Assembly (NCBI GenBank): GCA_013239625.1
Contig: MU054338.1
Location: 5,370,724-5,434,723, forward strand
Direction of reading: 5' to 3'
DNA: 64,000 nucleotides
Origin: Lama guanicoe
Taxonomy: Eukaryota
In this document: positions 12,931 to 26,043 of the stretch, in pieces
Position numbering within the stretch: position 1 is the stretch's first letter
Layout of the letters: each line of letters begins with the position of its first letter
Position numbers and translations under genes: made by a program
The notes under the pieces: generated by a model
The model's input: only the letters and a program-made list of their open reading frames with translations
Told to the model about the DNA's origin: nothing
The model's database searches: none

Positions 12931-13583
12931 TGTCGACTGGGGAAAAAAAAAAGCACAATTTAAAAGTTGAGAGTTATGTTTTATTGGGTGGACTTTTTGA
13001 GGACTTCAAGCCTGGGAGGCAGCCTCCCTGACGGCTTTGAGGGACAGCTCCAAAGACATAAGGGAGGAGCCAGGATATATGAGTTTTTGCAACAGACTAG
13101 GTAGTCGGAAAATCAAAAGATTGCTGCTTTTTTCTTTTTGGAGGGGGAGGTAATTAGGTTTATTTATTTGATGGGGGTACTGGGGATTGAGCCCAGGACC
13201 TTGTACATGCTAAGTATGTGCTCTACCGCTGAGCTATGCCTCCCCTCCTGCCAAAAAGATCACTGTTAATGAAAGAACACCAGACGTCTCAAGTTAAGGA
13301 ATTTAGGTGCTTTTCTGTGTATGGGAAGATGAGAAAGCCTGGACTCAGTGAAATCATTCCTTTCACCTGCACCTTAGCTATCTAGGGCTAGTATCCTGTT
13401 CTTTCCCATCCCGGGTCCCCTCAGGGGGTACCATTGCGGGTGGCTGCAGAGGCTGGGCAGCCTGCTTGTCTCCATCCTGAGTTCCCTCTAGCTCACCTTC
13501 GGAGGGTGGTGGTAGCAGCTGATGGCTTGATGGCCGCAGCATCCTTTGTTTACTGATATGGAAGGTGATATTTTTCATTCACA
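12931..13583 (-). mobile_element. ERV solo LTR with nested SINE; related copy at about 36010-36530
   Basis: TG...CA ends; shares GGAGCCAGGA and TTTTCTGTGTATGGGAAGATG blocks with the 36.0-36.5 kb copy. Confidence 0.7.
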
Positions 13584-14619
13584 TGATGCAATACATGTTG
13601 CTGGGACAGCTGGGAAGATACAAGTTGGATCCCTACCTCATGCCTCACCTCAACATAAATTCCTACTGGACCAAAGTTGAACATGGGAAAAATAAAATCA
13701 TCAAAGCACTAAGGGAAAAAAAAGAAAGCATGCAAGTGGAAAAGTTGGATAAGTCCAACTTTCTAAAAATCCAAACAGAGGTATAGGTAGAAAATACTAT
13801 AAACCAAGTAAAAATACATCCTGGGGTGGGGGCAGAAGTTTGGGAGTGGATATTGCAGCTCATATCAGAGAAGAAATAGTGTCCTTAATATTAAAAAGAG
13901 CTTCTTGGGGGCGGGGGGTGTAGCTCCGTGGGAGAGCACAGGCTTAGCACGAGGTCCTGGGTTCAATCCCCAGTACCGCCTTTAAAGAAAAAAATTAAAA
14001 AGAGTTTCTAGGTGTGTTTTACCATATTTTTTTTAAAAACCTCTATAAATAAATGTTTATGTCTGACAACTACAAATGAAAAAATTCCTGGAAAGGACTA
14101 GAGATCCACCTTTTAAAGATTGAGAAGATACTCAGCCTCACCCAGAGTAATAAAAATGCAAATATAGCGCTGCAGTTGTGGAGGGTGGGGAACTGGGCTG
14201 CGACAGTTATCAAATGCTACCCTCACACACGCCCTGGGTGGCAGTCCTACTTCTAGGAATTTATGATGATTTACTCCCACTGGCTAGACATCAGCTCTGC
14301 CCCACGTGACTCGGTACACCATTGCTTAGATTGGAAGCCACCTTCTTGTCCACAGAGAGGGGACGAGTTCCCTTAAAAAGAACAAGTTTGCAACAGCTGT
14401 CTGACTCTGTGGCTATATAAAAAACCCTTGACTTAAACACTAAATTGAGGAACTGGCTAGCGTCGTGAATTACATCTCTAAAGCTGTTATAAAAAAAAAT
14501 GACAACAAAAACCAAAATTCCCTTCCCCTTTCAAAAACGAAAAAGTACAAGAGTCTTCTTTATGCATTGACATTGAGGAACTCCCAGAAATATTAACTTA
14601 AAAGCCAAGATTCGGGTGC

Positions 14620-15215
14620 CTTAAAAAGTTAACACAGAATTACCATGTGACCCAGCAATTCCTCTTCTGAGTCTATTGCCCTGAAAATTGAAAGCAGGAA
14701 CTCAGTGAGATAGTTGTACATCCATGTGTGTAGCAGCATGACTGACAATAGCCAAAAGGTGGAAGTAACCTAAGTGTCCATCAACAGACAGATAGAGAAA
14801 CAAAATGTGGTCCAACTATACAGTGGAATATTACTCAACCATAAAAAAGAATGGAGTTCTGATACATGGAATAACCCCAGGTGAACCTTGAGGACATGAT
14901 GCTGAGTAAAAATAAGCCAGACACAAAAGGACAAATACACTACGACTCCACTTATATGAGGTCCCTAAAGGAGTCAAATTCATAGAGATAGAAGGCAGGT
15001 GGGTGGGTACCAGGGGCTAAGGGAGGGGGATGGGGAGCTAATGTTTCATGGGGACAGATTCTCAGTTTGGGAAGATGAGAAAGTTCTGGAGATGGATGGT
15101 GGGGATGTTTGGACAATAACATGTATGTGCTTAATGCCACTAAAGTATACACTCAAAGTGGTTAAAATGGTCAATTTTACATCATGTATATTTTGTCTCA
15201 ATTTTTAAAAAAATC
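14620..15215 (+). mobile_element. L1MB-type 3' end
   Basis: AGAATTACCATGTGACCCAGCAATTCC...AAAGTTCTGGAGATGGATGGTGG...TTAAAATGGTCAATTTTAC. Confidence 0.85.
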
Positions 15216-17604
15216 AAGATGCACAGGAATGCATGAGGTACAAGCTTTTGGTTAAAAATAAGGAAGGAATGGGGGCTTCTGTCCTGGCTGTGTCACTGCA
15301 GGCAAGTCACTCCCCTCTCAGTGGAATAACCATCTCGGTGTGCTCAGGCCAGTCCTGATGTGATCCCTGGAAGTCCAGTGTCCCAGGCGCAGGTGTTTGG
15401 CCACAGTGCCTCCGGGCCCAGGGGCTTTTATTTGCTGAACTGCACAGACCTCGCGGGAGTGCAGGCAAGGATGAGGCGAAATGGCGAGCCTCCCAGACGC
15501 CGCCGTGCAGGGTAGTGGGACGCCAGGCAGGAGTCAGTGAACCAGGGCTTCCTGTGAGCCGGAAGGTAGGAGTGGGTGGTGAGTGACGGGTGTACAGTAG
15601 GTGCAGGGGCCCTTTCCTGTGTCTCGGCCACAGGGGGCCAGGCCAGCCTGATCTCCCAGGGGACAGAGATGGAGGGGGGAGGGGACAACCAGCCCTGGGA
15701 GATGGGCGAGTGTGGACTTCAGGAATGAGCAGTCACACAGACATAGGAAACAGATTAAGGGCACCAGTGGGGAAAGGGAATGGGGAGGGATAAATTGGGA
15801 GTCTGGGATTCGCAGATACAAACTACTATATTTAAAAGAGATAAACAAGGCCCTGCTGTAGAGCACAGGGAACTATATTCAACACCTTGTAATAACCTTT
15901 AATGAAGAAGAATATGAAAAGGAATATATGTAACTGAATCACAATGCTGTACACCAGAAACTAATACAATATTGTAAACTGACTATCCTTCAGTTAAAAA
16001 AAAGTGAGCTGTCTGCGTAAGGGAAGGTGAGGGTCCTCTGCGCCCCAACCCACCCAGCCAAGGGAAAGAAAGCGGGTAGAGAATAAGAAAGAGGAGGCGC
16101 TGTGTTCCAAGATGATCCCTCCCTGTGGCTGTGTGGCCTTGGGCAGCTTCCTGCCCCTCTCTGGCCTTGAGTCCTCGTCTGGGAAGTGGGAACTTTCAAT
16201 GCACTTGCTTCACAGACAGGGTTGGAGCCGTTCATCTCTGTAAAGCTCTCAGCACAGCACCTGGCACAAGCCTGGTCACGCAACTCAGACCGGTTCACCC
16301 GCTGCCCCTGCAGAGCTGGGAGGGCCGGACTGGAGGCAGAGGGAAGCCGGGTGCTCTGAGCACCTACTCGGGGCTGGTGAAGGGGGACACTGAGGCTTGG
16401 AGCCAAGAGAGTGCTGGGACAGGGAGGCGAGAAGCAGCAAGACTGGAGAGGAAGAGAATGCTGCTCCAGGCAGAAAAAGCGGGAGATCCACTGCTGAGAG
16501 CGCTGAGGTTGCACGTGCCCACACTCAGCGGCACGCACACAGACACCTCCAGAAACCTAGCCAGATCACAGACACACAGACACCCTCCCCCAGGCAGACT
16601 GACACACCCACTCCTAGAGACACACCCAGAGGGATACACAGACACACCCAGAGAGACCCACCCAGCAAGCCCTCTTTCTAAGCCTTTCTTGGACAAACTC
16701 CATTTGCCCCCTTGCCTCTTTCCATCCTCTCTGCTCTTAATGAACATTTATTTAGCACCCACCATGTGCTGGGCCCTGTTCTAGGTGGCGCAGGGTGGGT
16801 TTAACTAAAGGCCCAAAGGGGTGAGGGAGAGGACCACATGGACGGGCAGGAAGAGTACTTCAGCAGAGGGAACAGCCAATGCAAAGGCCCCCCCCCCTCT
16901 GTTTGCCCATCCCATCCTCAGCCGTGACTCAGGCTATTCAGCTGGGGGGCAGCAGGGGGAGAGAGTCCCTCTAGGATCCCCCCACCCCCCCGGCCTGGCT
17001 ATCTTCCATTCCACAGAAGAGGATACCACAGGGCTCAGAGAGGTGTGTCATACACCCTAGGTCACACAGCACAAATGTGGGCTCAGATCTGCCTGCATTG
17101 CCATCCTCAGGGAGAGAAACCCCCCACTGAGGGCAGGAACCTTGATGGACAAAGGATGGGCCAGGGAGAACAGCCAGCCACGGGCCTGGGACAGCCGACA
17201 CCTGGCCAGCGTGAGGGGCGGAAGCAAGAGTCACCGAAGTAGACACTTCAGGGCACGGAGAGGCAGGGACAGACAATCAGACGTCTGGGACTTCAGTTTC
17301 CGCTCTACCAGAACAGGGGAGCAGCCGCCCCTGAGGCCACCAGAGAGGGCAAAGGGCCCCAAGGAGTGGGCGATAGGAGCATATAGCAGGGGTGGTAGGT
17401 CTGACCTGGATGGGTCCTCTGGGTGCTGATTTGGAAACTGTCAAGATAGCAGGCAGGGTACAGCTGAGTGGTAGAGTGTGTGCTTAGCATGTACAAGGCC
17501 CTAGGTTCAATCCCCAGTACTTCTAGTAAAAAAAAAAAAAAAATTAAAGACAGGAGGGACCTGACGGTGTAAGCAGGACTCCGGATGGGAGGTTGGGGCT
17601 TTGC

Positions 17605-18072
17605 CTGAGTCTCCTGTGGCTACAGTAACAAATCACAAACTTGGTGGCTTAAAACAAAATACATTTATTCCCTGACAGTTCTGGAGGTCAGAACCAAAAT
17701 GGGTCTCACTGGGCTAAAATCAAGGTGTCAGCAGGGCTGGATTCCTTTTGGAAGTTCTAGGGGAGATTGTGCTTCCTGGCCTTTTCCAGCTTCTGGAAGC
17801 TGCCTGCATCCCTTGGCTTAGGGCGCATTCCCCCATCCTCAAAATCAACAGTCTAGCATCTTCCTATCTCTCTCTCTCTCTGACCCTCCTCCCTCCCTCT
17901 TATAAGGATGCTTGTGATGGTGACAGTGGGTCTACGCAGATAATCCAGGATGATCTCCTCATCTCCAGATTCTTTATTTAATCACACATGCAAAGTCCCT
18001 TTAGTCAGAGACATTCACATGTTCACAGGTTCCGGGGGTTAGGATGTGTGGACATCCTTATTCTGCCTAGTG
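17605..18072 (-). mobile_element. MaLR LTR (MLT1C-like)
   Basis: TAACAAATCACAAACTTGGTGGCTTAAAACAA, ACAGTTCTGGAGG, ATAATCCAGGATGATCTCC. Confidence 0.85.
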
Positions 18073-19829
18073 CAGGGTCCATTGTCCAGGGTCCAGCCTC
18101 CAGGCCTGGCCATTTTGGCCCCAGTGTCTGGAAAAGGCCAATGTAGTTAGGACCAGCCATCTGAGGGGGGCAGGAGAGACAGAGAAGCCCCCAGTTTACC
18201 CCCTGGATCAGAGCTTACCAGCTCCCAGTCCTCCCTTCCTCTCCCACACTCAAGCACAGAGAGTGTGGAGGGGAGGAGGAGGAAATGGGCTTCCCCTGCT
18301 TCCCTAGGGTCGCCCCTCCTACCACCCAGACACCCTACATTGGACCCTAGAAATGGCTCCGGCTCCCTACTCCCACCAATCAGGCCCCAGCCTCCTCTGA
18401 TTCCCCTAAATCCTAGCGATTTTATCTCTGAATCCTGCTGGTCCTTTCACTCCTGCCTGCAACTCCCAGACCAGACCCTGGCCACTCCCACTGCAGTCTC
18501 ATTTTAAATCTGATCATGCCTAACTTTAAATCTGATTGGGTCTCTCCTAGGAGAGCCCTGGAGGGTCTTTAGTGACTGGCCCTGCCCTGCTGTCCTCGCC
18601 TCACTCACCTTTGGAAACCTAACTTAGCTGAATCCCCCACCCACTCATCTCTCAGGGTTCAGATGTCACCTCCTCCAGGAAGCCTGCCAGGAACACTCTA
18701 TACTCACAGATTGGGTGGGGACAGGAAAAGCAGGGCATGGGGTAGCCAAGGAGCAGCCCAGCTGCAGAAGGCCCAGCCTGCATCTCTTCCTGCTGGGCTG
18801 AGCCCTTCCTCCTGCCTCGCACCTTTGTCCATGTGCACCTTCCACCTGAAATCTCTCCCTGACCCAAGCCCACCCAGATCCTCTTTTGAGGGCCTCCTCT
18901 CCGCTTCTCCAGGGATCTGCTGCTTCTCCTCCGTGGCCTGGAGTGCCCCATTCCACCGTGTCTCTGGTGTCAGGATTAGTGCAAATGGCTGCCATGTTCT
19001 GAGCACACCTAGGTGCAAAGCCCAGGTGTACCACAGCCCTCTGGTAACAACTGAGAAAAGAGGCTTTATCATCTTCCCTTTTCTGTTGTGCAAAGGAGCT
19101 CTTGGAGTGTGAGGGAGAGAATAAAAGGGAGAATGTGGACGGATGGTGGGGCAGAGGTCCGGGCTGCAGGGGCCTCTGAGGACGGGACTGAGACTTGAGG
19201 GAGAAGGATGCACTCATTTGAAAAGAGAAAGATAGTCCAGCAGAGGGAACGGCGAAAGCCTCCACGCTGTATTGGGAGGGACAGATTCACCCACAGTTGC
19301 AACAGATGGCTCTGTTGCCCTTCGCCTTTGTTATGTGTGGAAATCAAATCTCAGCGATGTGAAGCAACTTGCCTGGGGCCCCACAGCCTGGGCTTCCCCC
19401 AGCTTGCCCTGGGTCGGCTTCAGGGAGAGACTTACTGTCCAAAGGTGAAGCCACTTGCTCAGATGACGGTAGGACTGGCCAGCGGCTCTGAACCCTCTTC
19501 TCTTCGACTGGTGAAAAGCTGGACTTCAGGTGCTGCCCAGGTGCTCTCAGACCACCTCCGCCTGATCCGGGACTGTCCTGCATTCATGGCTCACCCAGGC
19601 TCCCTGCCCCTCTGCGCTGCCGCTGATTCCGGATCCCGGATCACCTTCTGTTCCACTGGGCAAGAGGGAGTCTGGGGCTTCGCCACCACCCATTCTGGCC
19701 TAGCTCCGCGCCTTATCTTCCCAGCTCTGCCCCTGCACCCCACCGAACCCCAAGCCTTTGCCCAGCTGTCCTCCAGGCCTCCCAACCCCCCAGGGTGGTT
19801 CCTTGGGTTCCCAACTCTGGTTGGTTCCT

Positions 19830-20950
19830 GAGCGCGTCTCGGCCTCATGAACCACGAAATGAACAAGTTTGGCCTGCGAGCTGGGACAGGTCCCCAGAGT
19901 CGGGGCAGCTGGGTGGCCTCTGAGGCCTGAGGCAGCGTCCAGGCCTTCCCCACAGAGCCCAGCGGTGAGCTCCAGGGGATCAGGGCGCCCGCGGTGTGTT
20001 GGCAGATGCGCGGGTCAGAGACGAGCCAGAGAGGGGACCCTGGAGAGGGCTGCGGGGGGCCGTGCTGCGAACTGAGGAAGCGGGGACCAGGCGGCACGCA
20101 GTGGATGGTATTAGGTTCGAAAGCAAGAGTTAGGGACAGGGAGGTATCCGGGGGCCTGATCCTTGTTCAACGCGCCTAGAGGCGGGGCGGGGCGGGGCCC
20201 AGTAGCGCTCCCCGGGGTCCTGGAAACTGCCTAGTCGCGGGGAGGGGCCCGAGCTCGGCGAGGACCCCCGCCCCGCCGGGTCCCGCCGGGCCCCGCCCCG
20301 GCCCCGCCCAGCAAGCCTCCGCGCCCGCCCGCCTTCCTCCCGGCTCCGAGCGGAGGCGGTGCCGGGAGCAGAGTCCGGCCGCCTCGTGCTGGCCGCGCGC
20401 GTCTCTTTCTCCTCTGCATCTGCGCGCGGCGCGCCGGCCCCCGCCCCGCCGCCGGCCCCCTGTGCGCCCGGTAGCCTGCGCCCCCAGGTAAGCAAGCCCC
20501 CGGCTCCCCGAACGCGGCCCGGAACGCCACCCTCGCGGCGAGCTCCGGCCCCGCCTCCACGGCCATGGCGCCGGCAGCGGCCCCCGGACGCAGCCGCTGT
20601 CTCCCATCACCTCGCCGGGACGGCCTCCCGGGGCGGCCTCCCGGGGCTTCCCATCTGGTCCCAGGCCCGGGCCGCCTCCCCGAGAGAGCCCCGCTCTCCC
20701 GAGGGCGCCGCGGGCGCCCCTGGACGCTGCTCGGAAACCGGCAGGCGGGAGCGGGGACGAGCCCAGCACGGTGACGCGGGGGAATCCGGATGTGTGAACG
20801 CGAGGAGCGCGACGGTCGCTCACTAGCGAACCCACACGAAGCGCCTACTGGGTGCCACCGACGTGCCGGGGCTGGGGGTGCAGCCGGGGCCCTTGGCCCC
20901 GGAGCCCGCAGCCCGGCGACGTAGACGTCAGGAACCGCGTAAACAGACAC
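19830..20950. promoter_or_regulatory. CERS4: CpG island / CERS4 promoter
   Basis: Very GC- and CpG-rich block in otherwise CpG-depleted DNA; tandem GC boxes GGCGGGGCGGGGCGGGG at 20181-20197 and CCCCGCCC repeats at about 20266-20309; no TATA box. Confidence 0.9.
20330..20487 (+). other. CERS4: Probable non-coding first exon of CERS4 (5' end approximate)
   Basis: Directly downstream of the GC boxes, ends in a consensus donor CAG|GTAAGC at 20487/20488 and has no ATG. Splicing to 39919 would give CAG-G-ATG with A at -3. Confidence 0.75.
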
Positions 20951-23569
20951 ATCTTTCCAGCCGGTGCTAAGTGCAGGGAAGACAACACATTTGGGAGATG
21001 AATTAGAGTCTGGGAGGGTTTCTGGAGAAGGTGTCCTCCGGGCCTGAGTGGACCAGCCAGCTAGGGTTTTTTAGGCCCAGAAAAGAGCAAAAGATTCTGA
21101 GGCAGGGCCCAGACTGGTGTGTTTGCAGGGCGGAAAAGAGGCCAGCGTGGCTGAAGTGAGGTGAGCGGGATCGGAGGTGGGAAGAGGTTAGTCCAGGCCT
21201 CGAAGATGGCGAGTGCGTGAATTCCGTTCTCAAGTCTGTGGGGATCAAGGAGGCTTAGAACCAAGTGAATGACATGGTCGATTGTGTCTCAAGACGGTCC
21301 AGCAGCGGCTGTGGGCAGAAGAGATGGGAGGAGGCAGCAGGTTTGAACCCAACAGGAAGGGGTGATGAGAAGTGGGTGAACTGGGGTTCGTTTCGGCAGA
21401 AGAACATCACCTTCATTCTCTGCCTGCTCAGAATTGGGTCACGAAGGAAAGTGCGTGGAGATTTCTGGCATAGGCAGCTGAGGGCTTGGAGGGACAGGAA
21501 AGTGGAGGGAAAAACAGGTCTAGGGTGTGGGGCTGTTGTGGCTGAATCTGACTCGCAAAACCTGTGAGATCCCACCTGATGCGGGGAGGTTCCTGAAGAC
21601 CCTACTCCCAGCCCAGGCCAGGTCCCAGGAGACTGAGTGCAGGGGCCGGGCTAGCCCTACTGGGGCAACCTGGATCTGTTGTATTGGCCACCCAAGATGG
21701 AAATTCTGCAGTGTAAGCTTGTCTTTGAAGCCTCAGCCCAGTCCCCTTCCAGGAGCAGCTGCTGCGAATAAACTTGGCGGTGATGGGAGTGCAGGGTTGA
21801 GGGGACCTCACTCCCCACACCTGGGTCTCTGCAGGCCCACCCAGGCTGCAGGGGGGAAGCAGACAGGACCTTCCTGCTCAGCTCACCTACTCCCAGCTGA
21901 GAACCTTAGTCATGGAATTAGCCTCCTGGCCCCAGAGGAAGTCTGAGTCTCAGTTTGCCTGTCTGTAAAATGGGTCAGTAGTACCAGTATCTAGGAATGT
22001 TGTTTGTTCAGATCAAAGGAAACTTTGGTGAGGAAAGGGCTGACCCATCCCTGTGGCAGCCTTACCTCTTCGGGGGATGGGGGAGGGCTGCAGCACTGAT
22101 TGGAGTTTAAGGCCCCGTGAGCCTCTATTTCCTGCTCTGAGAAATGGGAGGAATGCATGACTGCGCCCACCTCCAGGACCCACAGCCGGCTGCAGGTTGA
22201 GTGAATCAGGCGAGGAAGGTGTTTGGCTGAACCAGTACCTGTCCGGAAGTGATCCATGGGCCCAGGAGCCTCTGGGATGCTGGTAGTTGGCAGTTAGGAG
22301 TTGGCCAGGATTCACTCCTCCCACCACTCCGGGGACGCCCATGGGAAAGCAGGCCCCAAAGGGCACGCTCCTCACTTATCTGGGCACTGCAGGCTGTCCC
22401 CTTTCCGGCTTTCTGGAAGCCACCTCTGTCCTTGTCCTACTAGTTTGAATTTAGTGCTCTCAGGCGAGTGACTTCACCTCCTCCTGGCTCAGTTCTGCAC
22501 CTATAAAATAGGCATAATAGCAGGTATCATCTTAGCGGTGAGTACAATGCGCAGATCATAATAGCACCCAGTAAAGCAGAGTGGATGCCCCAGCTGGGGA
22601 GAAGGGGAGCCCGGAGAAGTGATCTGGCTCACCCTGGAAGGAGTCAGGGGAGGCTTCTTGTATGCGGTGGCCGACTATTGGCCAGGTTACTCAGGATTAT
22701 GAAGAGTTGATGGGCAGAGACCAGTGGACGAAAATGTGGAGGGAAGACCTCACTGGGTCCATGGGAGGAGCTACGGGCGGGAGTCAGGAGGTCAGCATGA
22801 AGGCAACTGCACTGATCATAATGGGGCTGGACCAGGTGGAGGCATGGATGAGTGAGAAGTGGGTGGATCCAGGATAGATTTGAAGTGGGGGTGGGGATGG
22901 AGTAGCCACTGATTGAGGAGCAGGTTCAAGTGCAAGTCAGCAATCTGTTCCACAGCAACGGGAAATTGTGATGCCCTTAGGCACCCAGATGGAGATAAGA
23001 CAGAAGGTAGGCTTTGGAGAAGCAAGCCTGGTGTTCAGGAGATACCCGCACCCTGGGGAGATGAAGTGGGGAGAGAGAGAGTGAAAGGAAACCAGGAGTG
23101 GGTGGCAAGCCAGAAGTGAAGGAAGTAAGAGTTCTAAAATGTAGGAAGAGGTCAGCCTCAGCCCTGTCTCTGAATCTGTTGCAGGAACAATTCCTCTCTG
23201 TGGCAGGGGTCTTACACCCTTATTTGGCTGCCTTCCCCTCTCCCAAACCCACCCCTACCCCCAAGCCATTCATAATCATCTTTGCCACCCTTGAATTGGC
23301 CTCTAGGACCTAGCCTGGTTCTGACCAGATTGGCATAGATGAGGCCTTTCTTCTCCCTCAATCTGGCCTTTATACCTTTGTTAATATGATCCTGTCATAC
23401 CAGTTCTCCACACTGAACCAGCAGGAGCTCTCCTCTTTCCCCACTTCTTCCTAAGCTCCCCAAACCATATTTTGCATCAGGATCCCATGGCTGTATCCTA
23501 GGAGTGGGTCAGGTATCTGCCACTATCTGTGCCTATATCTGTGTTTGACCCCACCTCCCTTCCACCCTG

Positions 23570-23950
23570 TCTGTCTGTCATTGATTCATTCAACACACAC
23601 TTATGAGGCACCTGTGCTGGGAGGCCCTGGTGACTAGCAGTGAACAAAAATGAAGCTTCCCTTCTGCTCCCCCCCTCCCCCTGCCATGGAGCTGATGTTC
23701 TGGGAGGAGGGCAGCAGGGAGAGGGTAGGGGCATGAAACCTGAAGGATGAGAAGGAGTCAGCCAGGTGGATATCTGGAGGAAGAGCATTGCAGCGGGACC
23801 AGCATGTGCAAAGGTCCTGAGGCAGGACCCAGCCTGGCATGTTGGAGGTAGAGCTAGGAAGCCAGTGTGACTGGAGCAGAGCAAGCCAGGGAGAGAGTGG
23901 GGAGAGGGGCAGATGAAGAGACTGAGAGTCCTTAAGGCCCCTCATTCCGA
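23570..23950. mobile_element. L2 fragment; further L2/MIR fragments at about 4160-4560, 10270-10430, 21000-21300, 22600-23150, 24830-25260, 32880-33260, 34200-34400, 38170-38630, 39640-39780, 41210-41400, 45190-45790
   Basis: L2 hallmarks CATTCAACA, CAGCATGTGCAAAGGTCCTGAGGCAGGA; MIR core CCCATTTTACAGATGAGGAAACT. Confidence 0.75.
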
Positions 23951-25906
23951 CAACAGCAGACCCTGGATGGGTCCTTACTCAAGGGGTGCAAGGTTGTTAG
24001 GCCCCGTTGCCGTGCGGTTTGCCAGGAGGTTGCTTTGGTGTTGTATCCAATGTGGAGTGGTCACTGTGCCCTGAAGGTAGAGGAAGCTGGCAGGAGGAAG
24101 GAAGGGAGGACCAGCCCTTTCCTGGTGGGCAAGGCTTCTCCCCTTAGGAGAGAGGGAGGGGCTGGAGGGAGTGGAGGGGAATTGCCAGGAGAAGGTGCTG
24201 AAGGAGGCAGAAGAGATGAGGGTCAGAGGGAGGAGGCAGAGCACAGAGCTGGGTGTTGGGGCCGGATGTTCTCAGAGAGGCTACAGGAGCCCTAAGGGAC
24301 CCGGGGATGTCCTGGCTGAGCTGTGAGGACAAGCAGCAAAAACCAAAGCAGGTATGTTTTGAGGACGCCCCCCCCCCCCCCCACCAGCCCACTGTCACTC
24401 CCCTTCCAGATGTAGCAGAAAGATTCATGGGGACAAGGACTTGGTCACCTGGGCCCGCTCACCCTTCCTACCCCCACTACTCCAGTTTTAGAGGCCTGAT
24501 GGAGTGGATTCAGACACTCAGATGCCAGGACCTAGATCAGAGGTTCCGCTGAGTTGGGACACTGGGACCAGGACTGTCCCCTGCCCCTCCCTCCAAATTG
24601 GGGATGGGTGCGCCTAAGGGCAACTCCTTTTGGCACTGGCTCAGCTATGATGGTGATCCTGGCTGGTGTGATGGGGCCACAGCTGAAGCAAGGCTAACCT
24701 GTCAGGCAATGGCGGGGGACAAGGACAGTGACAGGAGGGGAGAGGAGGCAGGAGGAAGTGTCAGCCTCTGGGTCTCCTTCTCCATCTGAGCCATTGGTTA
24801 GGGCGGGTCTGTATATAAGGCTGTCATGTCCCTGCCCTCCTCTCCTCACTCTCCCCTCTATTCCAGCCCTACGGGCCTCCTTGTCTTTGTGCCATCTCCC
24901 TGCTTCAGGGCCTTTGCACAGACAGTTCCCACTACCCAGAATGCTCTAGCCCCATGGCCTCCTCCCTCACCTCTTTTGCTGAAACATCACCTTCACAGGG
25001 AGGCCTTCCAGACCTTCCTGTTTAAAATTGCAGCCCTGGCCGCCAGATTCCTGATCTCCTTTTCCCGCCTTTGTTTTCCCTCCCATACCAGACATAATGA
25101 AACAGATGAATAAAATAGATGGTATGTGCCGCCTCCCACCGGCCCCTCTTGTCTAGTACTCCCACTCCGTGAGGGGGAGGATCCTGATCAGGTCTATTCT
25201 CTGCTGAGCCCCAGTAGGTAACCCAGCACTTGGCACACAGTAGGCTCCCAGTAAATGGGACATGCCCACAGGCATCCCAGGAACTTTTGGCCGCAGCCTG
25301 GAAGGCTTGGCTTGGTAGGGGAGGAGCTGGAGAGGGTATATGGGGTAGCAGGCTCTGGATCCAGGCAGGCTTAGGTTTGAATGAATCCCAGCTCCTCACT
25401 TCCCACCCCGTGCCTCAGTTTCCCCAGCTGTAAATTGCAGACGACAGAAACACCCAGCCTTGAATGCCTGCTACAGCTTCCTGGGGGCCTGCCCAGGGAC
25501 TGAAAGGAGTTGGGGGCAAGCCAGACCCCCAGGCAGGACACTTAGGCCCTTCCCATGTATTCCTAGAATTTTCCAGAAATATATTGAGAGTGGGATAGGG
25601 GTGGGGTGGAGTGGGGTGGATGGTTACTTTACTTCTGGTGGTCAGAGTCTCTCTTAAAGTTACTTTTTTTCCCCCCTCTTCATAGATGTTGAATCTCCCA
25701 CTTTAGGATAAAAAGGAAATTTTTTTCGTAGCCCATTTTCCAGGACAAAAGCTGTGACCCTTTCTAATGTATATTATCAGTACTGTCCTCGAGATGGCTA
25801 ATTTCTAATCATAAAGTCTAGGTTCCCTTCCACTGCTGACTGTCAAGTTCTCTTGTGGACTAGAGTCCAGAGGCTCCTCTGGGCTGCAGATTACAAAGCA
25901 ATTCTT

Positions 25907-26043
25907 CCTTTCTTCCTTCCTTTCTTTCTTTCGCAAAGGGGAGGTAATTAGGTTTATTTATTTACTCTTTTTTTTTTTTAATGGAGGTATTAGGGATTGA
26001 ACCCAGGACCTCGTGCATGCTAAGCACATGCTCTACCACTGAG
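25907..26043 (-). mobile_element. tRNA-derived SINE with TSD GCAATTCTT; further intron-1 copies at about 29095-29220(-), 30946-31080(+), 31550-31845(-, two)
   Basis: SINE consensus; GCAATTCTT at 25898-25906 and 26044-26052. Confidence 0.88.

Noticed and set aside
15430..15720. Small CpG-containing patch as a separate promoter or exon
   Set aside because: Short, flanked by L1 remnants, and lacks a coherent splice or ORF structure.
20130..20950. Long Gly/Arg/Ala/Pro-rich ORFs (up to 239 aa) on both strands
   Set aside because: Stop-codon depletion in the CpG island; no recognisable domain.
21400..21720. Possible second non-coding CERS4 exon (human has one near exon 1, as recalled)
   Set aside because: Only weak acceptor and donor candidates; boundaries cannot be supported without transcript data.
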